Shown in pieces: positions 49,701 through 62,000 of a stretch of 64,000 bases of DNA. The stretch spans positions 2,852,001 to 2,916,000 of the forward strand of contig JAYWIR010000029.1 of the NCBI GenBank assembly GCA_036172245.1. Reading direction: 5' to 3'. Source of the stretch: Raillietiella orientalis. Taxonomy: Eukaryota. The notes under the pieces are model-generated. The model was not told the origin of the DNA, ran no database searches, and saw only the letters and a list, made by a program, of their open reading frames with translations. Positions within the stretch are counted from its first letter, which is position 1. Every line of letters begins with the position of its first letter. Made by a program: the position numbers and the translations under genes.

Positions 49701-50507
49701 TGGTGATATAAAAGTTTTAACCATGTAATGGGATATAATACAGACAAATGAGAAGATAAAACAGTTAAAAAAATTAAACAAATGTAATATTCAGATCGCA
49801 GAAGAGAATATAGTCAGTCCTTCCCTAATTTTCACAATTTCATAAAAGCCAACCCGCTTTTTCAAATGTTGGAAATGCCTAAACACTAGCTTATGGACAA
49901 TTTCTTGCAACAAAATGCAAACTCAATTTTACGTAATTTGAATAAAGATCCTGAAAAAGGATGTGCCATATGAAGTGAAAAAAATTCATTCTTATTTATT
50001 TGATCTTCATGTGCTTTTTAATCCATTTTAAACTTTCGTAACTCAAACATTTACACTTTCATTCCGATGTGCATGCAGACTTTGACCACTAGGTTCTGAT
50101 CATCATGCAAACCATTCCACTGATTTTTTTTTTTATGATTATTATAAACAGTGACCGTTATTTGGAGAAATGGAAATTATTCATATTGGTATTGATAACT
50201 TGTTTAAATTTACGAATCATTACAGTTTCCGACACTATAGACTAAAACAGCTAATCTTAGAGAGCTCCAGCTGTTATGAGAAGACTATGTGATGCTCAAC
50301 ATTTCGTTTGTCTTCGACAACGCTCATGCCAGCAGCTGTGTGGTAAACTAGTTTGATGGGTTTGCTCCACGAAGCAGTTGTAGAGAATGGCATCAGCACC
50401 ACTTGTTGTTAGTTAAACGAAATAATCGGAAAACGTACGTTTGCAACGAATTTCCTGTTATAAATGTGATCAAACTTAGTAGTTGTCCATGCGTTGTAGC
50501 CGTAACC

Positions 50508-51843
50508 ATGAGAAGCCCGATGCAGTTGATTTGGTTTCCCTTGGCAAGCCTCTGCCTGTTAGGTCATGCTGCATCTTCAGTTATGGAAAAAGAGGTTGGT
50601 TCGTTGAATTCGATTGCCATGTTCCTAAAGAATTGCAAATTTCAAGGTGCGTTCTCTAAACATGCGAGTGGCACAGCTGAATGAAGCCTCTCTTAGAACA
50701 TCAGTCTTCCCATTAAATGTTGATAGATTTCGCACGTTTATTAAGCCATCGGTTAAAAATTATTCATTTATTGTGATGTTCACAGCTCTGTCCCCACAAA
50801 GGCAGTGTCACATTTGTAGGTAAACAATCGTTAATTTTATGAAATGAGTTTATGTTATCCGTGCTTGCTTATTTCGGGAATAGAACCGCATACGAGGAAT
50901 TTCAAGTAGTAGCAAATTCTTTCCGATATGCAAATCCCTTTTCTAGCAGGTTATATTTTGGCATGATTGACTTTGATGAAGCACCAGAAATATTTCAAAC
51001 TGTAAGTTAGACCAGTAAGTAACCACATGCATTAGTAGTTAACTTGTGGTAGATGCAAATCACTGCTGCCCCTGTCTTCATGCATTTACCACCTAAAGGC
51101 AAGCCAAAACGTGCAGATACCATGGATTTGCAGATATTAGGCTTATCTGCAGAAAGCATCGCGAAGTGGGCAAGTGAACGTGCTGATGTCCAAGTAAGCT
51201 ACCATGTTTGAAACTACTTGTGACAGTTTGCAGATCCGTGTCTTTCGTCCTCCAAATTATCTTGGTAGCATTGCACTATTTACTTTAATAACTGTGATAG
51301 TTGGTCTGCTCTACATGCGTAGGAGCAATCTAGATTTCTTGTACAATCAGAATTTGTGGGCTGTTACATCCATGGTAAGAACAAAAGAAAACAAAAATGT
51401 AGAGCAATCAGAAATTTTGTGTTTTAAGTTTTTTGTGTTTCTCATGCTATCTGGACAAATGTGGAATCATATTAGAAGCCCCCCTCTTATCCACAGAAAT
51501 GCTCAAGGACAAGTTTTTTACATGCAGTCATCATCACATGGACAGTTCATTGTAGAATCATATATTGTATTCATTCTCTGTAAGCATATGGTTATATGAT
51601 CCTCAGTAACATTTTGTGCAGATGTAAATACGGCAGTAGGCCTTATTTTAGTCATTGAAGCTGCTCAACATAAAGGAGATATCAAGAAGAGACGTGTAGT
51701 AGCCATCATTGGCCTGGCCTTGTTTGTGTTCTTCTTTTCGGTCTTGTTATCTTTGTTCCGATACAAAGCACATGGTTATCCTTACAGGTAGGTATAACTA
51801 TGTAGTAACTAAATATAAAGCTGTAATTAGTTTCCTGTTGTGA
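50508..51843 (+). CDS. TUSC3/MAGT1: Oligosaccharyltransferase OST3/OST6 subunit (TUSC3/MAGT1-like), ~329 aa
   Basis: Exons 50508-50594, 50647-50819, 50884-51001, 51053-51193, 51234-51374, 51429-51579, 51622-51787 and 51831-51843 (990 nt). Signal peptide, NYSFIVMFTAL, thioredoxin-like CxxC (CHIC), IDFDE, IRVFRPPNY, SGQMWNHIR, QFIVES and a GYPYSFLL* terminus. Confidence 0.95.
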
Positions 51844-51876
51844 GCTGGAAGGGATGAAGACATGTAATGAAACACT

Positions 51877-52967
51877 CTAAAGTAAGAAAGGAAATATAGC
51901 ATGTCTTTCTGAAGGATAATTTGAAAAGTACATGTGGTACCATTTGTGTGTCTGAAGTGCCACTATCACCTGCAAAACATCAATTTGAAATTATTATCTT
52001 TGAAAAAGAGTCTTGCCTGATTTATTGTTACTGATAATGTTACAGCATACCAAAACAAGTTTTGCTGCCTTAAGATGATCCATAAGGAATAATAAATAAG
52101 GAGTTCACAAAAATAATGAGGACAAGATAAATATTTAAAGAGTCCTCCTCTTGGTATAAAGTACAGATCACCTAATCACATCTTGAAAATTAGAAACCCT
52201 CCTTGTTTTACACACCAGATTTCTTCTTCCGTCCAGCAGCCAATATGATATGGGACTCCCATTGATACTTGAATCCTATGCAATAGAGCACAAGACCTGG
52301 TATAAAGCTCCAAAAATTGAAATCTAGAGACCAAGAACTATAATAAATTTAGAAAACACTTCTACCATCTTTGACAGGCTTTATCACTAAAGTTAATAAT
52401 CCAGTAATGCAGCCAAAATAGTGAGCCCATGCATACAAATAATGTATAACATGGATATGATTATTAGAGTAGATGCTGACAAACAAGCACTCTAGCAATC
52501 TTCTGCATATGTGTGCCAGAAAAAGAATGAAGGCAATAATTGCAGTCTTATCTAAATAAATTTCAGTTATTAAGACTGCTCTGCCTGCTTACCTATTTTA
52601 ATTTCATCCTCAAGCTTGCATGCAAAAAAGATTTTATTAATCGATATATATTGAAAATAATTCAAGAGAATTAAGGATAAACAGATAACACCATATGTTG
52701 CTCCAAAGAGGTAGAAGTGCATAAAATAACTGGAATGCAATTCAATTCTTCTCAAGTTTGAGGATAAAGAATATACCATTTCGGCACTTTCCAGGAAAGG
52801 ATAAACTGTTGGTTTGCCTTTTCATGAAGCAATTTTCCATACCAATAACAATGAGTGAGTGAACTGTTTTGAAAAAGAATTAAAACAATCCGCATTATTA
52901 AAATACCCATTGCGAATAGTGAAAACATGATGGTCAGAGACAAATCGTTTGCTATGTAACAAAACAT
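51877..52967 (-). CDS. SRD5A3: Polyprenol/polyprenal reductase (steroid 5-alpha-reductase 3 / DFG10 family), ~289 aa
   Basis: Exons 52967-52777, 52729-52593, 52551-52366, 52323-52216, 52171-52017 and 51969-51877 (870 nt; the last intron is GC-AG). Motifs: YGK, VPKCYFMHFY, HICRRLLECLFVSIYS, HYL...HY, QWESHIILA, IPRGGLFKYLSCPHYFCELLIY, NQ...THKWY...FSNYPSERHAIFPFLL*. Confidence 0.92.
52091..52096 (+). promoter_or_regulatory. Probable poly(A) signal of TUSC3/MAGT1, lying antisense inside an SRD5A3 coding exon
   Basis: First plus-strand AATAAA after the TUSC3/MAGT1 stop at 51843. Confidence 0.5.
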
Positions 52968-53144
52968 ATTCTGAAAACAAACAGAAATCATTCAGTAAAC
53001 CTAGTTTACATGGCAGAGATGATATGGCTGCTTTGGCAGTATGCTTACTTAAAATCAAGTTTATAAGTTACTTATTATTACTTTATTGGCATACAAAGAT
53101 GCAACTCAAATTAATTAAAGCATAGTTATTACTTGAGAATATAC

Positions 53145-55260
53145 CTGGTGCTCAATTAAGCTAGACATTGTAAGTGCATGAATAGCAAATCGCTGAAAAG
53201 TTGGAATTCTGTCAATCTCTGTTCCTACGTTATTCTACCCCGTTTGCTTTTGGCTTTAGAGGGATACACATGGGACTTCACGTGCGTAAAGCAATCGAAT
53301 TGTACTTATTGGTTCCATTCAACGGTCGTTTCTTTGTCTCTTCGTACTGGGGTCTTTCCTCTCCGTGTTCGAAATTTTCTGATCCGGATTTTTTATGTTA
53401 TCAATTAACGAAAGTTTTTCCCGGATACTCTTTGGAAACAGCTTCTTCAACCAGCAGTATAATCAAACCTTTGAAAAGTAAAGCTGTCTACTACAAATCA
53501 TTAAAAAAAAATCGTATGAATAAATTCATGGCGTTTGAAAAAAAAAACTGCCAATCTTACTCTGTAAATACAGCAGCATTCTTTGACATTTGCCTTTCAT
53601 ACGAAACCTTTCAAACCGCCGACTTCAAACTGTGCTTCGTTCTTCAAGGAGTTCTGGCATATCAAATTTGTTTCTTGTCCTTCTGTTTTTTGTCTTCCCT
53701 GTATTTGTTTTAGCTTCAGAAATTTTCCACAATCCTGTTCTTGTACCAAACTATATTTTCGAAAGGGAACACAGACTAGTTCGCGTGACCGGTTCGTGAA
53801 AATTTAATAGAAACTCGTACTGGAAAAATTCATTCCTACAAGCCACTGTAATTCGCTGAAATAATATGCCAGTTATAACACGATACCAAAACAAAACTTA
53901 ATTATCTTAACTTCAATTCGACATTTTTATGTAACCGTTGTTATCAATAAAAATGTCAATCAAAAAAAATCAGGAGGTCTGCAAAAATTTTTTGGTAAAC
54001 TCGATTTGATCCTGTTGAATTTGCAGCTAGCAAAAGATTCGATTTGATTTAGGAATCTGTTACAATCGTTCATTTTTGATCATTTCACTCTGATGTTTAC
54101 TTGTGACTGCAACCGCCTTATCAGGATCCAAAGTTGCTTATTAACTTGATTTCTGATATGCTGGATTCGAGTGAATAGGATTAAAACAAACAAACCTGAC
54201 TTTTGGAATACTACGTCAGATGTGCAAGTTTCTATCAACCTTTACATCAGTTTTATTAATTTGTTGTATGTTTTATTTCAAAATGTAACACTTCATCAGT
54301 CTCCATTTTTAATGGATCCTTAACAATAGAAAGACAAAATTAAAAAAAAAAATACTTGAATATTAAAAACTCATTTTAGGTTTATGTATTTGTGCATAAT
54401 TTTTTTAGAAGATCCAGTTAACACATTGCGAGTATGGGATGAATATTTCTGATAGCGTGAATTTCGGAAACATGGCCATGTAAGAATTTGCACACTAAGA
54501 GCCAAAAAGCAAAATTTCACTATTTTATTCCGTTTCTTCAAACAAGAAAACAATAAGTGAAAAATTTGCATAGAGATCTTAAATAATTATATCCATTAAA
54601 CATCAGCCCCTTCTTTGATACTGGTGCTCCAAAAAAGTAGATGTTTTCAGAGAGTGAATGTCCATTACCTCTACAGGAGCGAAGTTTTCGAAAAATGGGA
54701 AGCTAAGGAGTTGAGCTGAGATGATTGGCTTGGATTCTTGTGAAGTACATAAAATCACAAAAGGTTCCCGGAAAGCATCAGTCAATCACAGTTTACTGAC
54801 TACGTATATCTACATATGTATATCTATTTACATTCATATATGTATGTAAATGCATTCATGCACTTGAAATAAAGAAGAAACAAAGTAAACGTAATTTTTT
54901 TTAAAGCTTCAACAATTTTGCGGGTTTTCTTGACTTAGATAAGTTAGTGGACTGAATGGAAAACTTGTAGCTTGTCTTTTAGTATTCTTAGGATTCCAAG
55001 AAGCACAATGAATCATTTCTCACCTTTCGCAGCAGGCTGCACTGAGTACGTTTGGGGTTTGTTTACATTGTGTGTCGTCTATCGCGTATTCTACGTTAGG
55101 ATCGTCAGTTGTCTAAGAAATTCCCCAAAGGAACGATATGTGTAAACGTGCCACACATGCTTATTTTATACTGGAGCGGTAGTATTTCAAGTTAAAGCTG
55201 TCAGTTAATTTTTTTGCTGACTGCCCTGCCGTAACAACGAATAGATAAAGCGAAAGGCGT
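53145..55260. promoter_or_regulatory. Divergent promoter/5'-UTR region between SRD5A3 (-) and CNK (+)
   Basis: Both start codons are preceded closely by splice acceptors (TTTTCAG at ~52971 on -, TTTCAG ending 56081 on +). Candidate UTR donors lie at ~53144 (-) and 55259 (+, GTGAGT). CpG-richer patches occur at ~53190-53430 and ~55020-55400. Confidence 0.4.
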
Positions 55261-56090
55261 GAGTAAACTTGTGTTTTGACTGTAATGTTTGATTAAGTAT
55301 TGCATGGTAAATCAAGTTCATATCATGTCAGTTCATATTAATTATTATATTGATGTCCACGAAGAATATGTTTGCGCGTAGTTGTCATGATATGGAGTCG
55401 AATCGTGAAATACCTGCAGTTTTTGAATCATAAGTTTAATGCTTGGAAAAAATATAGCATTTTGCAAGATTCTGTAGACATCATTTGTATTTACCAATTT
55501 TCTATTTTGTTATCCGCGTAACTTATTTAGTGACTTTGTCTTGATTAATGGCACCTAGATTATAAAAGAAAAAAAAAACATCTAAAGGCATATCAGTAGG
55601 CACAAAATGCCCATTTTATGCCAAAGAACGTTCATCAATTATGCTGGAATTCATTGTATGATCAAATGACTGAAGGTTAGTTTTCATATTTAAACGTGTG
55701 TTTCTATGAAGCCGTGAGATAAAAGTTTTAGAGCTTTCATTGGAAATATGTCTTCAAAGAACCAAAAGACCGTTTTGAAGCTCTGCTGCCATAAAAATGA
55801 TGTAAACGTAGAATTTTGAATGCACTTTCCAAAAAATTGGAAAAAATAAGTAATCACTTTGATGTTTTGATATCATATTTTGACCAAAGGAAAAAGTGGT
55901 CGTATGCATTCAAAGCAGAAATAATCCCACTTGAACTTAAAAAAAGCAAAAAAAAAAAACTATTCTAGGAAATTCTAGGAAATACTTTTGATAAAATATA
56001 TCGAATTACGAAATTCTATTGTGTTGAAAGTGATCAGACTTTTCTCTTTTGATGACTAAAAATGTCAAACAATAATTTCAGTGTGTGAGC

Positions 56091-59000
56091 ATGGCATTAA
56101 TTAATGTGAATCAATGGAATTCCGAAAATGTAGCTAATTGGCTGAAAGGTAAGTAAGCCTATTTGATTACTTGCTGACAATCTCTGTTTTAATTTGCGAA
56201 TTAGAATTTTTTGCCCGTGATTCTCCATGCATAATATTCTTGAAACAAAACTGATATTTGGTTGCATTGTTTAAATCAGTATTGATTAAAAATGTAAACA
56301 GTTGTAAGCACTGATGTGTGTATGAGACTTCGCAAATAAATAAAACCCCAAATTATATGGGTTAAAACAAATATTGATCAAAAGTACTCGAATCTGCTTC
56401 ATACCCTTGCGAATTTTGTGTTGAATGTTTTTCAATCTTTGATTCGAGGCTGATGGTTCAAAAAAAAGTTTTTCAAGTACAGTTAAGGCAGAAATAATGT
56501 GTGGAAATAAGGGATAAAAGCTTAATGATAATAGAGTGATTATCTCAAAGTAGAATACAATTTTGATGCAGAAAGAAATGGCACTGATTGATTTATAGAA
56601 ATATTTGCAATACCTTTGATCATTTAGAATTTGAGTGTTATAATGATAGTTGTTTAAATTAGTATTACCTGTGCATTGTTAAAATCTGTTTATCAAGCAT
56701 TCTTTAGTTCAGATACTTTAAATGCTTTGTTATGACTAAAGTTTGATTTAGATGCTGAAGCAGCTTGTTAATATGGTAATAATGTGGATTTTATATTAAA
56801 TGATTCCTACAGGTTTGGGAAAAGATTATGAAGCATATTCTGAAATCTTATATGATAAGCATGTTGATGGAAAGCAGCTGCTTATGCTTACCCTTGATGA
56901 TTTGGCAAAGCATTCTGTGGTGAAATTAGGCCATCGATTCACAATACTTCATTCTGTTGATTTACTGAAAAAGATTGTAGGTTTATCTCTTTATTTGATT
57001 TTGAATGAGAATTCCGTGTTTTTTCCTCCACAAATTTAGCACTATGACCTTGAAATGGAAACTTTGCAGCTTATTGCACTAAAGTTAGGCTGCAAAGCAA
57101 AAAGTCTATGTAAGGAAATGAGTTCCAATGTTGACAGTCTTGAACCAGAAAAAAACAAAAAAGTTAGCACAGATGTAATGGCTAATGTGGCTGAAATTTT
57201 AGAATCAATGAAATATTTACTTAATTGGCTACATAGGTAAGTTACTTTTATCATGAATGTTAATAGTAGTATAAAATAATATAAACTGAGTTTAAAAGCT
57301 TAAGAATCTATTGAAAACCGCCAAATTTTGTTTGTAGAAATCCATTTGATGATTCAGAACCCTTCAGAACTCTGCAAATTGATTTGCTGAGTCTTGGTAC
57401 AGAACTAGCTACAAATGCACAAAGAGGTGTTTTTGCTGATAATCCGGAAAGTGCTATTCATGGATGTTGTCAAAAGTTGTCATTGTTGTGTGATCATATA
57501 GTCCAAGAAATCAATGATCCACTTGTGATGCAACCTGCATCCCTTGATTCAGTTCAAGTAACACGAGTACCTGGGCAGGGTTTGGTAAGTGAAGTAAATT
57601 TTACAAGTATTATTTATTATAGTTACTTTATATATGTTAATATAATGAAATTTTCGAATAGTGTGCTATTGAAGTTAATTTATAATTACAATTATTCACC
57701 AAAAGCTATACCTCTAGTCTGGAGAGAGAAGTGCAAATATTTAAAAGCAGTAAATGATTATGTAGGATATACAGTTACATGACATAAATGAGTTTTACTT
57801 ACATTAATGTGAATGTTATGCATTGAAAAGTCTATAATTCATGCTAAAAAATTAAATTTTTGAACTGGGATATTGATCATGAATTAAAAGTATGGTATTT
57901 ATGTCTACAAATAAATGAACACATGTAAATAGATAACCTGGTGACACTCATATTATTAAGTGCTAAAAAAATTGATTGATTGCTTAAAAAAATTCAATTC
58001 AGAAATTGTTTAGCACATGTTTGTAGCCTGTGAATGTGTTCAGGACAAAAAGTGAAATTTTATCTGAAGATATATCTATAAAAAGTAAGGGGTTCAGCAT
58101 GGTTCAGCACTCCATACATTGTGTAGTGAGCTTATGTGAACAAAATGCTGAAAACTTAGCTTTCAGAATTCACATAGATATATTAATCAATTTATGTAAT
58201 ATGATTTAAAATAGAATTATTGCATTTTGATAATCACAGTTCTCATCTACTCATCTACAAAGAATAAATACTCATTCTAAACGCCAAAGCAGTAATGAGA
58301 CAAATTTTCAAAGGACTAGAAAGTGATAGTTGGTAGTTACCTGAAAATTGGAGTTTATGAAAAAAAATAGCTCAATGTAAAGTGTAAAGATGCATTAGAA
58401 TTTCGTACATTTAAGAGACAGCATTTTAAGGATGCTTGTAAAATTCAGGGATACTTTGCGATTTTAGAACTTAATTGTAGGATTTTGAGGAAAAAAATTA
58501 GATGATAATAAGAATTCATAAATTTGATTTATAGAAATAGTAGGCAGTTTCATTAAATCAGCAAAGAAAGTTTACGCAGATTGCAAAGAATCGTATTTAG
58601 TTTCACTGAATATTGCATAAAAGGCAGTGATGTGTATGATTTTATATTTTAATTAAGTTGTAAACTCGTGTAAATTTTCCGTTTTATGCATTGATAACTT
58701 GATTGAAATGCAAGAATTGAAGGAGGAGGGATGGAAGATTATAGAAAACCTCTGCAATACTAAGACATATTTAGAAAACTTTTTTTTTATAGTGCATCAT
58801 TTGAGATTCCCACAAATGTATTGGCAGCTGGAATAAAGAACAAATTGAAAGATGAAAGATCCAGATGGTAGACTCGCAGGAATTTGTCATTAGAAAGTTT
58901 TCCACAATTTCTTAGCATTATGACTGATAATAAGTAAATAAATTGTATGATAATTTAGAGAGTGTAATGAGGGATAGCGTCAAGTCATGGGCAAATTTTA

Positions 59001-62000
59001 GTTTAATAATTTAAAGCATTGAAAAAAAAAATGCAACTGGTTGAAGATCAACGATGAATATAGGCATTGATTATCTTAAACGTGCATTCACCGAACCTTA
59101 ATAAGATTGAATCTGGTGCGCATATGTTTGAAATGTAAAAAGCATCATCATAATTACTAATCTCTTGCAAATATTGTAAGTAGATTCCAAAAAAACAGAT
59201 ATTTTTAGATATATGAAACTGATGAGAACAGTGGAAATTTTTCAAAAGTGAAAAAGACATTAGAAGTGATTCGTCACAATGTAACAGAATTCCAGTCTTT
59301 CAAAAAGTAAGACATGATCATGAAACTAAACGAGAACATCAAGAGAAGAAATGAAACAGGCCTCGAAATCCAACTAATGGAATCCAAAGTCTTGTTATGA
59401 GAATATTTAGCTATTCTTAAGTTGAGATGCTAGACCTTTTAAAGAGCTAATATTACATTTCAGAGTGACATTTCTTTAAGTTAAATATTCATCACTGAGT
59501 CATGTAATTCATCTGTCCATAGGTAAAAATATCTTTGTTGGATGTTCAAGCATAATTATGAAATTGGGTTAGCTTTTATTGCAGACTAGTATTGTAAAGT
59601 ATTTAGCTTAGTATCATTAAAGTGCAAGAGAAAATGGAATACAAGAGTGCTAATTTTTTAAGCAATTAAGTAAACTGTTCTGCATTTCAAGAACTCGTTT
59701 TGTCTTACTTAGACAGCAATCTTATTAGGGAATCACCATTCTTCCTACATGGGGAATGCATGTTATTGAAGATGTTTTCCCAAAAGGTGCAGCTCATGCT
59801 TGTGGTAGCATTGAAAAAGGTGATCAGATTGTTCAAGTTAGTTGTCAGACAGTGGTGGGTACGTGTTTCATTTTCAAGCAACTGCATGCACTAAAGGTTT
59901 AAAAGGATGGCAGACCAATAGACTGTTAGAGCTTTTGCATCAAAGTACCACCAACTTAGTACTGACTGTTCTCAGGCGTCCACGCCATCCACCTTCCTAT
60001 AATCGTTTTCTTCAAAATTCACCAGGACGCTTTCCTAGCAATTGGAAAGAGCACAGTAAAAATCATAGTTTAGCCAGTCATTTGCCTGATGCCCAACTAA
60101 CAGAATTGCTTCCTGTTTGCCAAGAAGATTCTAGGTAAGTTAAATGTTTGATGATGTCTCTCTAATTAAATATATTTACAGAGATGAAATTGAAATAGCA
60201 TTTCCAGTAAAAGTCATGCATCATCAGCAGATTCAAAATAATGGAGAGGAAGTAGTTGCAACAGGAATCCATTATTCTCCTGTTGTATGTAGTATGAGAA
60301 TATATGAATCATATGTAATAATGATTGCAGCTGCAAGATAGTGAGACAACTATTGGTATATCATCTTTGCATCACATTCATGAAAGTTTTGAAAGCCAGA
60401 AACGTATTGCAGGTGAGATATTTAACTAACTGTAACTTAAGCAGCTTTGTTTTTGTGGTCAGATCACATGGTTTGCTCCAAATTTCGTTGCATTTTCATG
60501 TATTTTGCATTTTGATTTGCATTCTTTTTATTTGGAGGCTTTATCCAAGAGTTAAGGGAATGCTTTCCAAGTAATATGTTTGATTTCTAATGTTGATGTA
60601 GTGGTTGAAAAGTTCTGGATGGTTTTAAATGTGCTAGCAAATTATGGATATTTGTATTTATGATAGTTGTAGATATTAATGCTGATTCTGTATTGTGAAT
60701 GTTTTCAGGAACTCTATAAGTAGACATTTTTCTATGAATTATTTAACTGAAAACTTTTTTGGCATCTCGAACTGGGAATTCTTGAAAGTTCATGTTGTTG
60801 GACTTGATTAATGATTTAAATCATTTTACGTTTTCTTTCATTTTGAAAAGCAGCTTGCTATGTAAATCGGAGTTGACTTTTTTTATTGTTTATCTTTAAT
60901 AGCACCAGTAGTCATGAATGTATAGGTGCCTTCCATGTATGTTTCTGTGCTGGCAGTGTTTAGAAATTTTGCAGTGCTGATTTTGCAGCTAATGTTGGAA
61001 TTGATTCAGTTTCGAGAAGCTCAGATGGATCTGTGAATGTTGTTTAATGTAGTGGGATGTAAGCATTTCAAGGTATTTTGCAATACGTTAATTTCAAATT
61101 CATGAGTATATGGACATAAACTAAGGTTTAATTTTCTGCATATTTTTCTGTTTATCTGTCTCCTGTTTTTAACAGAATACATAATAGTATTCACTGTAAG
61201 ATTGCTTTGGATTCCTCAGTTCGTGCATTGTTTATCTAAATAACTGAGTTTTAGCGGATAGAATGTGTATCAAAAATTTAAGGAGTTGTATTGGGTTCCT
61301 AGTTCTGAAGTCTTCATGATTACATTGTGCAATACCATGAATAATTTATTGTTAGCTGACAACATTGCTTTTGGCTTTAGAATGATATTTGCTCAATAAA
61401 ATGCAATTTTTTGAAGCACCTGAAAAAGTTGCATCAAAAAATGATGTGAAATTTAGTTATTCATTTATTCTTTGGAAGTAGAGTCTTATTTAACTGTCAG
61501 TGTGCAGTTTGACCATAAGCAAAATACAAAAGGAATTTGATTTCATAAACTAGCGTTTAGCTTTGTACTTGCATCATATTTACGTAGATTTCTGTTTTTA
61601 TTCAAGTCAGCACAGAACTTTAATGTAATTAAGAGCACGTCCAAATGTTTATGATTTAGTGCCTGTGCCTGATTTTTTTTTAAACATTGTTATGTAGTAG
61701 TTTTGTCACTAACAGTAAAATTGTCTATTCTTTCCATGTATATGCCTGTGTTTTTCAGACTGCTTACAAGATGAAAAACTCATCAATATCAAAAGCCTCG
61801 CTCTTAATGATAAAAGTCCTGCAGATGCAAAAGGTTGGTTGCTAAGGCGCCGTGATGGTTCTGGTATTTTGGCCAATAAATGGGCAAGAAGGTACTTTAT
61901 TTTGAAAGGAAACACCTTGTTTGGATATAGAGATCAGCAGGTTAGCACATTAATTATCAACATAAAAATCTGTTTTTGCTTTTTTGTTTTTTATGGATAG

